DNA of 64,000 nucleotides from Sphyrna mokarran (taxonomy: Eukaryota): NCBI GenBank assembly GCA_024679065.1, contig JAGIQG010000016.1, positions 35,712,001-35,776,000 of the forward strand, written 5' to 3'. This document shows, piece after piece, positions 1 through 12,499 of the stretch. Position numbers and translations under genes: made by a program. Within the stretch, counting starts at the first letter, position 1. Each line of letters opens with the position of its first letter. The notes under the pieces were generated by a model. That model searched no databases, had not been told where the DNA came from, and saw only the letters and a list, made by a program, of their open reading frames with translations.

Positions 1-647
1 TTCTAGAATACTCAAGATATCTCAAGAAATCACTGCTTAAGCCGATATCAAGCTTGGATTTCATAACACTATAAATTGTAGCCGTCTAAAGCATGTATTT
101 ATTATAGGATTTTGTCATAATGGCCAACATTGATTCATGGTGAATGAGGAAGAAGCAAAGTATGAACTGAATGTGAACCCGCATCATGAAGTTTTACAAT
201 ATTGATTTTCTCATATTGTCTTTATTATCTGAGTTTCATGATAAGAGAAGCATGAACAGACAGAACACATACACGCAAGAACATTATGAACAATAGCAAA
301 ATAAAAAGCAAAATTTGATCGGAACAAAAATCCCATGGCGTTAATAGTACATTATTTAAAATATGTATCTGTAGATTTGCCATTGTCATCCCCCTGTTGT
401 AATGTAGATGGTTAGTGAAAATCTATATCATTTACAAACTAGTTAAGCATTTATAATACCAACAACTTTGAATAAAAATGTAAGTTGCAATGTGTGGATA
501 TGCTTGAAATGGTTTAAATTAAATTTCAGGTGATGACTGCCTTTTTGAATTGTTCATAGCTGCCCCATTTTACACAGTAGATTGTTTCCTAACCTAAACA
601 AAATGATATTCAATGTGAGTGTTTGTATGGTAGAATGTAAATGATTT

Positions 648-946
648 GGGCAGTATGGTGACACAGTAGTTGGCACTGTTGCCTCAGAGCGCCAAGGACC
701 TGGGTTCAATTCCACCCTCGGGTCATTGTGTAGTGTTTGTACATTCTCTGCATGGGCTCCCTCTGGGTGCTCTGGTTTCCTCCCACAGTCCAAAGATGTG
801 TTAGGTTGACTGGCCATATTAAATTGACCTTAGTGTCAGGGTAATTAACAGGGTAGATATGTGGGGTTATGAGAATAGAGCCTGGGTGAGATTATGGTCA
901 GTGACGGGCCTAATGGCCTCTTTCTGTACTGTAGGGATTCTATGAT
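648..946 (+). mobile_element. V-SINE (HE1-like tRNA-derived SINE)
   Basis: tRNA-like head (gggcagtatggtgacacagtagttggcactg...gggttcaattcc), V-domain core (ctctgggtgctctggtttcctcccacagtccaaagatgtg), CR1-type tail ending ggattctatgat. Confidence 0.9.
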
Positions 947-1261
947 ATGAAGACATGCTGATTTTAGCTGCTGTAGCAGGTTGGAATTTAATGTAGGACT
1001 GGTATTTTTAAAGTTGATAAATGCAGCACTTATCCGTCAGCTTTCAGAATTGCTGATAAAATTATCAATCTCTCTTTCCAGCAACAAATAGGTTGGCGAT
1101 TTTCAAAGAAGTTGCCCCAATGAAAAATCTATTTCAACTCCAGTAGGTATACCTTCGAAAGTCTGGACATTAAAATTGAAGGGATATGCTAAGTATTGCC
1201 CCAACATAGTCCCTTTTAACATGTTACCAACCCTTCATTTGGACGCTGCTTAATAAGGCCA

Positions 1262-1563
1262 TGGCATAGTGGTATTGTTTTTGGACTATTAATACAGAGA
1301 CTCTGGGAACCCAGGTTCAAATCCACCACAGCAGATAGTGAAATTTGAATTCAGTAAAAATAGGGAATTAGAGCCTACTCATTGTCGATTATCATTAAAA
1401 ACCCAACTGGTTCCCTAATGTCCTTTACAAAGGAAAGCTGTTGCCTTTACCTGGTCTGGTCTACATGTGGCTCCAGACCCATATAATGTAACTGACTCTT
1501 AACTGCTCCCTCAAGGGCAATTAGGGACAGCCAGCAATGTCCATGTCCAATGAACAAATAAAG
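1262..1563 (+). mobile_element. tRNA-headed SINE, second family
   Basis: A/B-box-like head (tggcatagtgg...ggttcaaatcc); body matches the copies at 22877-23250 and 57252-57602. Confidence 0.85.
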
Positions 1564-1648
1564 AACAGGTGAGTCACATGACACACATGACACCTACTTA
1601 CAGCCATTGTATTAATGTGGCTGTTCAAGTTTTTGTCAATATTTTTTT

Positions 1649-1932
1649 AAAGTTTAATTATTACTGTCACAAGTAGGCTTACATTAACACTGCAATGAAG
1701 TTACTGTGAAAATCCCTAGTCTCCACTCTGCGGCAACTGTCCAGGTAACTGAGAGAGAATGGCCAATGCTCCTAATCAGCATGGCTTTCAGACTGTGGGA
1801 GGAAACCGGAGCACCCAAAGGAAATCCTTGCAGACGTAGGGAGAATGTGTAGATTCTGCACAGGAAGTGACCCAAGCTAAGAATCGAACCTGAGTCTTCA
1901 GCTTTGTGACGCAACAGTGTTAACCACTGTCC
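1649..1932 (-). mobile_element. V-SINE, alternative-tail subfamily
   Basis: Reverse-complement V-domain (gtgggaggaaaccggagcaccc); the tail (gtcacaagtaggcttacattaacactgcaatgaagttactgtgaaaatc) differs from the CR1-type tail and recurs at 17536-17800 and 33720-33940. Confidence 0.85.
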
Positions 1933-2688
1933 ATAGTAATCTTGACACTGCAACCACCAATAAGCCAGGATGTTAATGATGTGAATTCAGTGATGATCAC
2001 ATTATTGAGGATAGCCAAGATGGGGTCCTTAGATTGTCTCGTGTTGAAGCTAGTCATTGTCTGCCACTTGTGGGTGCAAACATTGCTTGCTATTTATCGG
2101 ACTGGATGTTGCCCACCTAGCCTGGACTGTTTCATTATCCCAGCAACATTTGGATTTCATGTTTACAGGCAGATTTCAGGCAGCACATCAACTCCTGAGA
2201 GATGGAAGGTTCAGTAGTCGTACTAATGCAGCTAGTGAGAAATGTATGGTCTTCATCAGCATGGAATAGTTCCTTCCAATTCTGGCCTCTTCTGCTTTCT
2301 CAATTTCCCTTCATTCCACCATTATTAACCGTGCCATCAGCTGCTCAGGCTGTAAACTCTGGAATTCCATTGCTAAATTTCTTCATCTCTCCTGCTCTCC
2401 CTTCTTTTCATCTCTCCCCCACTTTCCCCTCTTGTAAGGCACTTCTTAAAGCCTACATCTTTGATAACTGTCCCAATATCTCTTTATATAGTTTGGTGTG
2501 AAATTTAGTCAGATAACACTCCCAAGAAGCAACTTAAGACTTTTATTGTTATTATAGAATCCCTACTTTTTTTTATGTTAAGAGCACGTCTCCCTTTTAA
2601 TGTTCAGAACCCTTATTACCTGAACCAGATCAGACAAACAAATGCAGACTTACTGTTTGATTTTTCAGTGCAATCTTCTGATTGAGAA

Positions 2689-3076
2689 ATAGAATAGAAT
2701 TCCTGCAGTGCAGAAAGAGACCATTCAACCCATCAAGTCTGCACTGATAACAGTCCCACTCTGACCCCCTGCCCGTAATCCCACATATTTACACCACTAA
2801 TCCCTCCAACCTATGCACAGGGCAGTCTTGAGAGGGGCTACATGGCCTACTCTTGCTCCTATTTCTTATTTCTTATGTTCATCCCAGGAGAATAAGGGCA
2901 ATTTAGCATGGCTAATGCACCTGACCTGCACATCTTTGGACTGTGAAAGGAAACCGGAGCACCCTGAGGAAACCCATGCAGACAAGGAGAGAATGTGCAA
3001 CCTCCACACAGGCAATGGGCCAAGCCAGGTATCGAACCCACTGCCGGGAACTGTGAGGCAGCAGTGCTAACCACTG
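2689..3076 (-). mobile_element. V-SINE containing a short opposite-strand CR1 3' tail stub (~2813-2880)
   Basis: Reverse-complement head, V-domain and tail; internal tggcctactcttgctcctatttcttatttcttatgttc is a CR1-type 3' end. Confidence 0.8.
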
Positions 3077-3369
3077 GGGTTTGCAGAACTTTCTCAGTTC
3101 AGGAAAACTCAGACAGTTTTCCTGATGCAGAAAATCCAAGCAGACATTATGCCTCTTTTCATGGCACTAACTGTCGCATTCTGGTGATTAAGATTTTGAA
3201 TGTCCCAAAGCTCTTTTGAAAAGCTGCTGAGAAAAGGTAAGTGTGTAAGGGAGTAAGGTGGGTAAGAGGGTAGGATGGATAAAGTAATTGGGTAAAGGGC
3301 TAGACTGCAAGACAATGGATCTTGCACATGGAATTAGTGAATGTTTTATCTGAGGTTTCACAGCAATTG

Positions 3370-5131
3370 GTCTTGCCATGACCTTCCATATCTTTGAATA
3401 CATTTTAGAATTTGTAGAATCAGATATTGGCACTTGCTTCTGTGTCAATCTTGACCAATAATAAACAGTTACTAACTTTATTAGGACAGGTAATTTGAAT
3501 ATTGTCAAACATATTGGACAGTATGATAGCGTCTTCATTTTCCTCGAGATTGACAGCACGAGATGGAAGTTTCCTGCTCTACAGCTCATCTTGCACGTCA
3601 TCATTATACATTTGTTTGTCAATCACCTCATGTATACATTTCTGACAGGATATTGGGCTGATAGTATTTCTTATTACTTGAAGATGCACGTGGTTTGTGG
3701 TCTGTTTGGATCAGTGTATGGTTCTCTGCAGCCTTTGCTCCAGTGCACTGCTGTGTCAATGGCCCCTTCTACCACATACTTTGTGGAATTAACGGAAAGC
3801 TAGATATTCCCTTGGTGCACATAGTAGGCCAGACCTTCCACATGTCTTACTAGATTTCAGTGTGCTACTGAGTGCAATTGGGGTTGTGCTTAGGACCTGT
3901 AAGTTTCATTGACCTGTGAGGATCGTCCTGGAAGTAAACAGCTTGAGTAGCTCTCCAATGCTATACAGTATGGGCTTCCCTCGCAAATCTTTCTGGAATT
4001 CGTCCATGGGAGTCTACATTGATAACCACCACAACAATTCTGGCCGCTGGCTCTGAGTTTGAATAATCACAATATGTATCCTTTTCTCTGCACTTGATGA
4101 TGAAGTGGCCTATGGATTCTGTCAGCAGCTGTTGAAATGGCATAAACATTAGTCATTGAATGCAAAATTTTAACCTGACCCTGAACCCATATTCCAAAGT
4201 AGTGCATATTGTTTGGAGGTCATTTAGCTCTTCTTCTGTTACAGCTGACTTGATCAGCCTGTGTAGATCATCATTCCCAATTGTTAGGTGAATTTTTATG
4301 GTTTGATTGATTCAGACACACCTGAATAAAGAAACCAAAGCTCTGTACACTGTTTAAATATTTTGAATTCAGATAAAAGATCAGTTACATCCCAATTCAA
4401 ACTGGTGGATTTTGTGAACGTTTTGACAATGTCCCTTTCAACTTCCCACTTGTTTTATTCAATATCTTGTTCAGTAACTCTCAAAATCACCCATCCTAAT
4501 CACAACCTTCTCAGATTCGATTTTTTGACAGTTCTGACAGTTATTTTTTGCCCTTTGTTATCGATCCAGCCCACATTCTTGCCACTCACCTATCCCAACT
4601 GAGTTAATATGGAGCTCATTCTCTTGGTGCACTGTCCCTTTTACAGAACTGACGTGCAGTCCTCTGCAATTTCACCATGAAGGATCCATCTACTTAGCAG
4701 TTCTTTACTTGAACACTATCAGTGTTTTCAAATAATTTTTGTGCAGTGGTCATACTGCAGTTTCAACACTGCAGTTGTATTGCTGTCTGACCAAAATGTC
4801 GAGACTCATCTCATGCCATGTAGCACAATCTAAGGCTGTTCATCATGTTGTCCTTGTTATAATCTTGTTGCCACAGTGTTTCAGTATCACCGAGTACCAC
4901 CTTTTGTTTTCACACTGACCAACGGCACCAATCTCTCATAAAGGATTGTGTAAACACATTGTGAGTTCATTTATTTTCACCAGGCACGTAAGACAAAAGC
5001 TTAACAACATCTATAGCAGAGATGTTTGCTGTGTGCTCAGTTCACAGGCAAAAGTTAAACTGAGACTGGATCACATGACACACTGGTGATGGCATGCTGC
5101 TATCCTTTAAAGGCATGGATAGATGCTAACA
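3370..5131 (-). mobile_element. Decayed Gypsy-type LTR retrotransposon, 5' part (LTR-like segment, gag, zinc knuckles, protease)
   Basis: Minus-strand translation gives gag-like NWDVTDLLSEFKIFKQCTELWF...ESIGHFIIKCREKDTYCDYS (~4000-4400), knuckle-like CGRSGLLCAPRE...VCGRRGH (~3750-3850) and protease-like VKIDTEASANI (~3420-3460); LTR-like segment ~4820-5131 with AATAAA on the minus strand; many stops and frameshifts. Confidence 0.7.
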
Positions 5132-5139
5132 TAAGCAAT

Positions 5140-6060
5140 GTAGTATGGAAATCAAAAATTACAGAAGGATATTAATAGATTAAGTGAATGGACAAAACTG
5201 TGCCAAATGGATTTCAGTGTCATAAAATGTGAGACCATCTACTTGTGACATAAAAAATGATAGAATAGAATACTTCCTAAAGGATGTGGTGGATGGTGAG
5301 CATAGAAAAGAGGATGTTGACATTCTAGGACATGTTGACAGAAAAAGGGAAGAAGTATTGGAGGTTTGGAAAACATTAAGGTGGATTAGCCCCAGGGCCA
5401 GATAGGGTCTTAGAGTACTGAGGGAGGCAAGGGAAGGACTTGCTGAGGCCATAGCCAAAATCTTTGTATCCTGTTTAGCCATGGGCAAGACATCAGAGGA
5501 TTGGAGAGTAGCTAACATTGTTCCTCTGTTTAAGCAGAAGAAACAATCCTAGAAATTATATCAGTGATGGAGAAGATTCTTGAGGACAGGATGTATTCAC
5601 ACATGGAACAGAATAGGCTTATTAGCGATGGGCAGCATGGTTTTGTGAAGGGGAGGTTGTGTCTCACAAACTTGATTGAGTTCTTTGAGGATATGACAAG
5701 AAAAATTGACCAAGGCAGGGAGGTGGATGTTGTCAGGAACTTCAATGAAGCCTTCGATTAAGTGCCTCATGGCAGCCTGATACAAAAGGTGAAATCATAT
5801 GGGATCTGAGGTGAGCTCTTAAGATGGGATGATAGAACTTCAGAACTTTCTTCCTCAAATGGCAATTGATGTTTGATCAATGTAAATGTCAATATGGAGA
5901 TAAGGTTGATAGGCTTTTGTTTTCCAAAGATATTAAGAGATATGCATTAAAAAGTGATTCATAGAGTTATGTCACAAATCAACCAGAGCTCCTTGAATGG
6001 TAGAACAAACTTGAAGGGTTAAATGGTCTATTTCTATTCCAGTATCTCATGTCCTCTTGA
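5140..6060 (+). mobile_element. Old CR1 LINE fragments
   Basis: ORF 5564-5761 has QHGFVKGRLCLTNLIEFFED...FNEAFD (CR1 RT start); adjoining decayed RT and 3'-end pieces. Confidence 0.85.
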
Positions 6061-6584
6061 ATGGCTGGGCAACCCCACCACAAACTACAACCTTTATAAG
6101 GTGAGTTTTTTTTTTGAAGACTTGAACTTTTTCTCTACTTTTTTTTCAGAGCTTTGAGGCATAGCCAGCCATTGACACCCTTTGTAGTATCCCAACACTT
6201 GGATTTGTACTATCCAGCCCAACAATCTTATTGTACATGATTTTCTACCACTCCACTACCTTAATGTTACTCAGCGCAGACTCAGGAATCTGGCTGCATA
6301 TCAGGATGTGCAGCAACTGGATTTATGAAAGAGCTAAAATAGGAATGTGAGCAATTCTGTCAAATACTTTTCAGTAATATTTGCAAAACTTTACTTCCAT
6401 TGAATTCCAATCATTATAGAGTTTCCTCAATAATGCCTATTTATGGGAAATTAATTTCTAAAAATTTAAAGTGTACTTTGAACAGTGAGAGTTGTGGAGG
6501 TTGCTTACACTTCTATCTGTTCCTCTTACCAGACAGTAGCTGTATGACTGGAAATACAGTTGACAGGTTTGTTGTAGTGAAGTG

Positions 6585-7950
6585 AGACTTTCATTTTCTG
6601 ATCATTCGCCAATTTAATTCTGTTCCTATTCTGATCTCCCTTTTCTTAACCTATTATATTATTGCAAGGAAGCTCAATCCAAGTTTAAGGCACAGCACCT
6701 CATTTTTGATGAGGTATTTTAAAACCTTTTGGTCTGGATTTTAAGTTCAACAAGTTTAGATTGTCACTACTGCTTTCATTTGTCAGACAGCAGCTAACAC
6801 AAGTAGTTCTGCTATTCTCATTTACACCTTCTCTGCACCCATCTGTTGTTTCTTTATTTGTCCCATGACCATCTACTTTGGCTTTGCACCACTATCTCTC
6901 ATTGTCATTTAAGGAGTCATTTAATAGCTTTTATTGGTCAGGTTTTCAGTGCCAGGGTGGATAGCTCAGTGGACATATATCGATTTTATCTGATTTGATT
7001 TGATTTATTATTGACATGTAGTGGTATATAATGAAAAGTATCATTTCTTGTGCATTATACAGGCAAAGCAGACCGTTAGTTGAATACAAAAGTGACAAGG
7101 AAAAAAGAGGGTGCAGACTACAAATACAGATAGGTTGACAAGAAAGATCAGCTGAATATATGATCAGTCCATTCAAAAATATGATAGCAGTAGAGAATAA
7201 ATGTTCTTGAGGCGGTTGATAAAAATGATTCCATTACATCCAATTTGTGCTGAAGAGAAGTGAGGATGGAATAAAGTTGTGTGCCCACTAATCCTGGAGG
7301 CAGATCATAGGTGGCCATGGGAGTGGGGGAGTTCTGAGGTAGGTTGTTTAGAAGACTGCCTCAGAACTCTGGGCCCTCTAACCCTCACCCTTCAAAGTCC
7401 TTCATCCCTCATAGTCCCCCTGGCCACTCCAGGCCAATTCATGCTCCTATTCAGTCCCATTCCCTAAGGCCCACATCATATCTCCTTTTTTCCACCTCTA
7501 TAGTCCTTCACCCAACACCTGCTATGGGCAGATCTCAGAAGCCACGAGGAGATAAAAAAAGAAATAACTTCTAACCAACAAATCGAGCTCTCACACATCC
7601 ACTTGTGATCAATAAAAATTCCCAATCATGAAACCCTTTTAAATCCCCTCAAGTATTCAATATGTTATAAAAACAAAGTTCTACTCAGTCATAATGGCTA
7701 ATAGTAGCTTAAAAAGCTAATCTTTTAATAGCTTCTAGAAATTGTGAACTCAATCGCACTTCCCCAACCCTATAAAAACCTATCCCCTTTGTGCCTTTTT
7801 CTCTCCATCAATCTTTCAATGAAAAACTGCTAAATTTTTAACTTATTCCATTTCTGATGCAAGGCCATTGACCTGAAATGTCAATTCCATTCTCACTCCA
7901 CAGATGCTGCCTGCCTTGTTGACTGTTTCAGCATTTCTGTTTTTATTTGA
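6585..7950 (+). mobile_element. Interrupted Penelope-like element 3' end (GIY-YIG C-terminus and hammerhead-type tail)
   Basis: 6668-6760 reads EAQSKFKAQHLIF..GILKPFGL..FNKFR, like the Penelope GIY-YIG end (EQHLIFRLGTLQPxGLNxEF); after unrelated inserts it resumes at ~7775 with ctgatgc-aaggcc-attg-acct-gaaa and ccacagatgctgcctg. Confidence 0.6.
6985..7220 (-). mobile_element. Rex1/Babar LINE 3' tail
   Basis: (tgatt)n terminal repeat and UTR matching the reverse complement of the tails at 14460-14600 and 52760-52920. Confidence 0.75.
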
Positions 7951-9301
7951 CAACTTACCTATCTTTACTAAGGATATTAGCAAATATTGTGCATACTGCA
8001 CAGCTGGATTAAAAACTTTTCAACACTTACACCAGTTAAGTGGCTCATTAGCTGCTCACGCAGCATTAAAAGATCATTATTGGATTGTGATTGTATTTTT
8101 TTCCCACTTCCAGTAGCAACTCTCGGCAAGCACATGTTTTAACATTGTGCATTTCCATAATTTTGTCAATAGGCCAAAAAATGAAGAATAAGCCTTTCTA
8201 CCTTTTATGTTTGCTAATAAATGTACAATCTTTCAAGTATTTATGTATATAAAAAAACATAAAAAAGTATTTATGTATATAAATATAAAAAATTCCGTAT
8301 GTGAGCATTCAAAGTGATGATTGCATATTTGTGAACTGAATATTATTTCAAACTCATTCATCAAAATACTTGAACTGATAAATTCAAGAGAAAGATTCTT
8401 TTTGGGCATAATTTATCTAACCACTTTGACATTTTGCTTTCGCTGTTGATCCTTGATTACTAGTATGTGGGCCTTGTTGGAACTGCTAAGTTGTCCCAAC
8501 TGAACTATTTGTGCAAAAGAAAATGATTAATTGGAAACAGGATGATTCCGAGATCATGCAGGCACCTCAAAGAGATAGTGAGTGGCACAGGGCTTGTAAT
8601 TATATCCCCTTTAGTAATTGGAATTTCACACTCCTAGAGCTGCAAATAAAAAAAAATGTAATATGGAAAATCAACCAGAGCGCACTGATGAAGCAATATA
8701 AAAGCTGAGAACAACAATTTTTTAAACATTAGAGAAAATGGTAAATCAACTATTTTTATTTAATTAAGAATTTCAATGTTATAGAACCAAAATAAAAAAA
8801 AGTACAACCCCCCAATGTTTTCATTTGTTCTTGAAATGAGGGCATTCTTCAACGTCACTGCCTAGGCAGTATTGGCAGAGCAGATTTCTCTGAAAGGGTT
8901 CGATGAAAAGGGTAATGGAAGTTCATGTCAGACTAAACACTGGCATAGACCTAAGGGGTGAATGGTCTGTTTCCACGTTGTAAGGGCTATTTAACTTGCT
9001 TGTTATAGAACTCACTCCGTTTTCATTTCCAATGACGTTAGTAGAAGCAAACTCAAAATCATGCAGCTTCTGAAAGTAGTGGGAAGTGTCCTCCCATTCT
9101 TATGTTTTTCTGAATTATACTTCATAAACAAAGTTTTAGAAAACTGTTCTTACTCTGTCAAAGGAAATTAATGTTTCATCGTCATTGTTGAAATCATGTT
9201 TTACAATTCAATAAATTGAGATAGAGGAACTGTGAATTAATATACATTTAATACCCAAATGCAAAATAGTTTTTTTCGCACAGTATTCTGAAAGGAAATT
9301 C

Positions 9302-9511
9302 TGGGGGAGATTCTCTGGCCTCTCTTAGGCATTTTTCTCAGTGGCAGGAAGTGGTGCATCATCACCTGGTGATAGTATCTTTTGGACCCTTTGCTATTAT
9401 TGGAAATTCTTATTGAAGCCACCTCATGCCGCTAAGAAACCCACGGCAGGGGTGTGCCACCTACAGAAACATAGATTCCCATTGGTAAGAACAGACAGAA
9501 AATTCCAGCCC
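9302..9511. mobile_element. MITE-like element (probable Harbinger derivative)
   Basis: Imperfect terminal inverted repeats ggggagattctctg...cagaaaattccagccc, of the same type as other short elements in the window. Confidence 0.5.
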
Positions 9512-10789
9512 TTTTATTTTTGGGTAAGTCATCAATCATCTCTATTACTTTAATCTTTTGGGAATTCTACATTCTTCCAATTCTGGCCTCTTTCATACCC
9601 ACATATCCTTCACTCTATGAGAGGTATCCATGTCATCAAACATCTACACCCAACTTCAAATTCCCTCTCCAAGCCTCCCATTAAAATATTATTTCAAGTC
9701 TTTGGGCATGAGTTTCCAGCTGCACTGGAAAATTGTGCCCGAGATCAACGGACCTTTCCATGGCCGACCCTCTCACCTGCTACAATTCCTGTGGTGGATG
9801 GAATGGGAAAATTCACATCTTCATCTTTAGTCTAGTATTTAGTCACTTGTCCAAATGTCACTTTCTTTACCACAATGTCAATTTTTGTCTGATTGTGTTC
9901 TAGCTGCACTGTCCCTTGAGATATTGTGTTTATATTAAGGGTGCTACATAAGTGCAACTTATGGTTGCCACAATGGAAAATAACTGAACTGCTTCAGTGT
10001 AAACTAAATTTCTCATAACATGCACAATTTTCAGACCCAACACTGTTGCACAGTTAAAATTACGTAATTTCTTTAATAATGTAGGCTGTTGCTGCACAAA
10101 ACAAAATAGTTTTTTCAACTGTATGAATTTGAAGCCCTTTTAAGCTGTTGCATTTCATGGTAAAATGGAGGAAACAAAACATACCCAATGGGCATGAAAT
10201 AGAAAATTTAATTCATCTGTGAGATTTGATGTCAAAATCTGCAATCGGATGTGGAATAAATTCTTCAACTGTTCCATTAGACATTTAGTTCCTAACACAA
10301 TAACCAAAAATAGATTTTACTTGATGTTAATAGATACAATTAAAAATTGTCTTACAACATTCTTTATGCAGCCTTTTATCCCTGTTGACAGATATTAAGC
10401 TTCTAAGCACAGAATCTGTTACACAGAGATTTAGGTTTAACGGGTTGCACTTTTTGACCCCAACTATTCAATAATTTTTTGGAACTAATGTTATATTTTT
10501 GCTTCATGAATAATTCTTTGACAAAATAAATACCTTCATCCAAAATTGCATTTGCATTTCAATTTTCAGCCCAGGCACTGTCTGCCAATATTCTATTCAA
10601 TGCCAATATTTATAGCACTCATTAGGAAAATTGATTTTTCCTTTGATTTCTGAACTTTTGTTTATTCTCAGGATAAAAGGTTTTTGATAATTACATGACA
10701 AAGTGTAAAACTGCATTTCATTTTAGGAGATTACGTCCTCAATTGTTCATAAATTTGCCCTGAGGTAATTCTTAGCATTTTATTTTATG

Positions 10790-11300
10790 TGCTTCTTGAC
10801 GGGACCTGGGCAGCACTTTCTCGACCAATATTTATTGCCAATCCCCAATTGGCCTTGAGAAAGTGATAATGAACCACCTTCTTGAACTGTTGCAGTCCAT
10901 GTGGTGTGGGCAGCACAGTAGTACAGTAGTTAGTACTGCTACCTCAAAGCATCAGGGATCCGGGTTTGATACCAGCCTTGAATGACTAACTGTATGGAGT
11001 TTGTATATTTTCCCCATGTCTGTGTGGGTTTCCTCTGGGTGCTCCGGTTTCCTCTCACAGTCCAAAGATGTATGGGTTAGGGGGATTGACCATGATAAAT
11101 TGCCCCATATTGTCAAGGCAGCATTAATGTGTGGGATTATGGAAATCAGATTGTTGTCGGTGCAGGCTCAATGGCCCAAATGGCATCTTTCCGCACCAGA
11201 GGGATTTTACACCCACGGTACTGTTCAACAGGAGTTCCAGGATTTTGACCCAGCAACAGTGAAGGAACAGTAATATAACTCCAAATCAGGATGTGCGTGA
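10790..11300 (-). mobile_element. 3' tail of the LINE family seen at 18840-19800, split by a V-SINE
   Basis: 10790-10907 and 11211-11300 are the contiguous reverse complement of ~19590-19790. Confidence 0.75.
10908..11210 (+). mobile_element. V-SINE
   Basis: Head gggcagcacagtagtacagtagttag, V-domain gggtttcctctgggtgctccggtttcctctcacagtccaaagatg, CR1-type tail. Confidence 0.9.
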
Positions 11301-12499
11301 GACTCAAGAGCTTCTTCTCAATATCAAAAAAACACTATTCAACACCTAGATGATGTGGAGCAAGCTAGATAGGTACATGAGGGAGAGAGGAATAGAAAGA
11401 TGTGCTAATAAGGTTTAATGACAAAAGAGACTTAAATGGCACTTAAACACCAGCACAAACCAAATTAAACACCAGCTGAATGGTCTGCTTTTGAACTGCA
11501 AATTCCATGCTACTCTTGTGTTGAAGCATTTACTTCAGTGTTACTTTAAAAAGAGACACAAGTAAAGGTTCCCACTGTTTTCATAGTTCTCTTATTCTTC
11601 TGATTTACACTGCAGCACTGCAGCTCAAACAGGGGCTAAGATTTCCTTCCCACCCTTAAAACTGGCTCCGTACATCTGTGTATCATTGTAGGACTGGCTG
11701 GATTTTCATCTTAACGGTTTGAATGATTTGTGATTTCTTTGCTTTAATATTTTCATAAATGACCTGGAGCCGCAAGTCGCGTAACATTTTCAGGGGATAT
11801 AAAGATCGTGGCGCATCAAACTTTCCTTGGCCATAGGAGGTGCATTTGAGTTGATGAAAGAACAAATAGAACTTTTTTTGAAGAAATTCAATTTTCTCAC
11901 ATTCCCCAAATTATGCCATTTCTGTGTGTGCCTTTCGCAAGTTAGAAATGTGTCCTGTGTGAAACGCACATCTGCCCCCTTGTATATTGGGTTCCCGCCC
12001 CATCCCGTATGAGAGGAGAACCGAGATCATGTTTCTTAAAAACCACTATTTTTATCAAGACCTGTGCCATTAGTGAACTAAGTAAATGCATTTCTCCTCT
12101 GTTGGGTCATGAAGAAAGTTGGCAGATGGCAGAAGGGGTCATTAGTACAGTGCAGCAATATTCTTTTTCTAAAACTTTGGATAGAGCCAGTCGAATGCTG
12201 ACTGCAAGCAATATGCATGTTTGGTATAGAGGGGGGCATTGGAAGGTGGATCCCTTTAAAGCCATATCCAGCACATCTGAACACCAGTAAGAAGGTGCTC
12301 TGTCTTTTCAAACTCAGCCTTTTGAGTATTCAGAAAATCACTTATAAAATCTAGAATCCAGAATGGGAACAATTGCATCCCATTGGTGCTACACAGAGGC
12401 ATGAGAAGGAGCGTTTCAAATGCCTTAGTCAATACATGTATATGGAGGCACCATGACACAAGTATCTATGGTAAGGAGCTGCAGAATTCTGAGAAACAA

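Noticed and set aside
554-817. Recurrent short ORFs containing CGRKPEHPE or GFPPGAPVSSH
   Set aside because: These are translations of the V-SINE core on either strand, not genes
6060-6350. Donor and acceptor sites around a ~50-nt intron
   Set aside because: All frames after the acceptor hit stops and no protein similarity was recognised
8236-8292. Tandem duplication of aagtatttatgtatataaa
   Set aside because: Ordinary AT-rich slippage duplication
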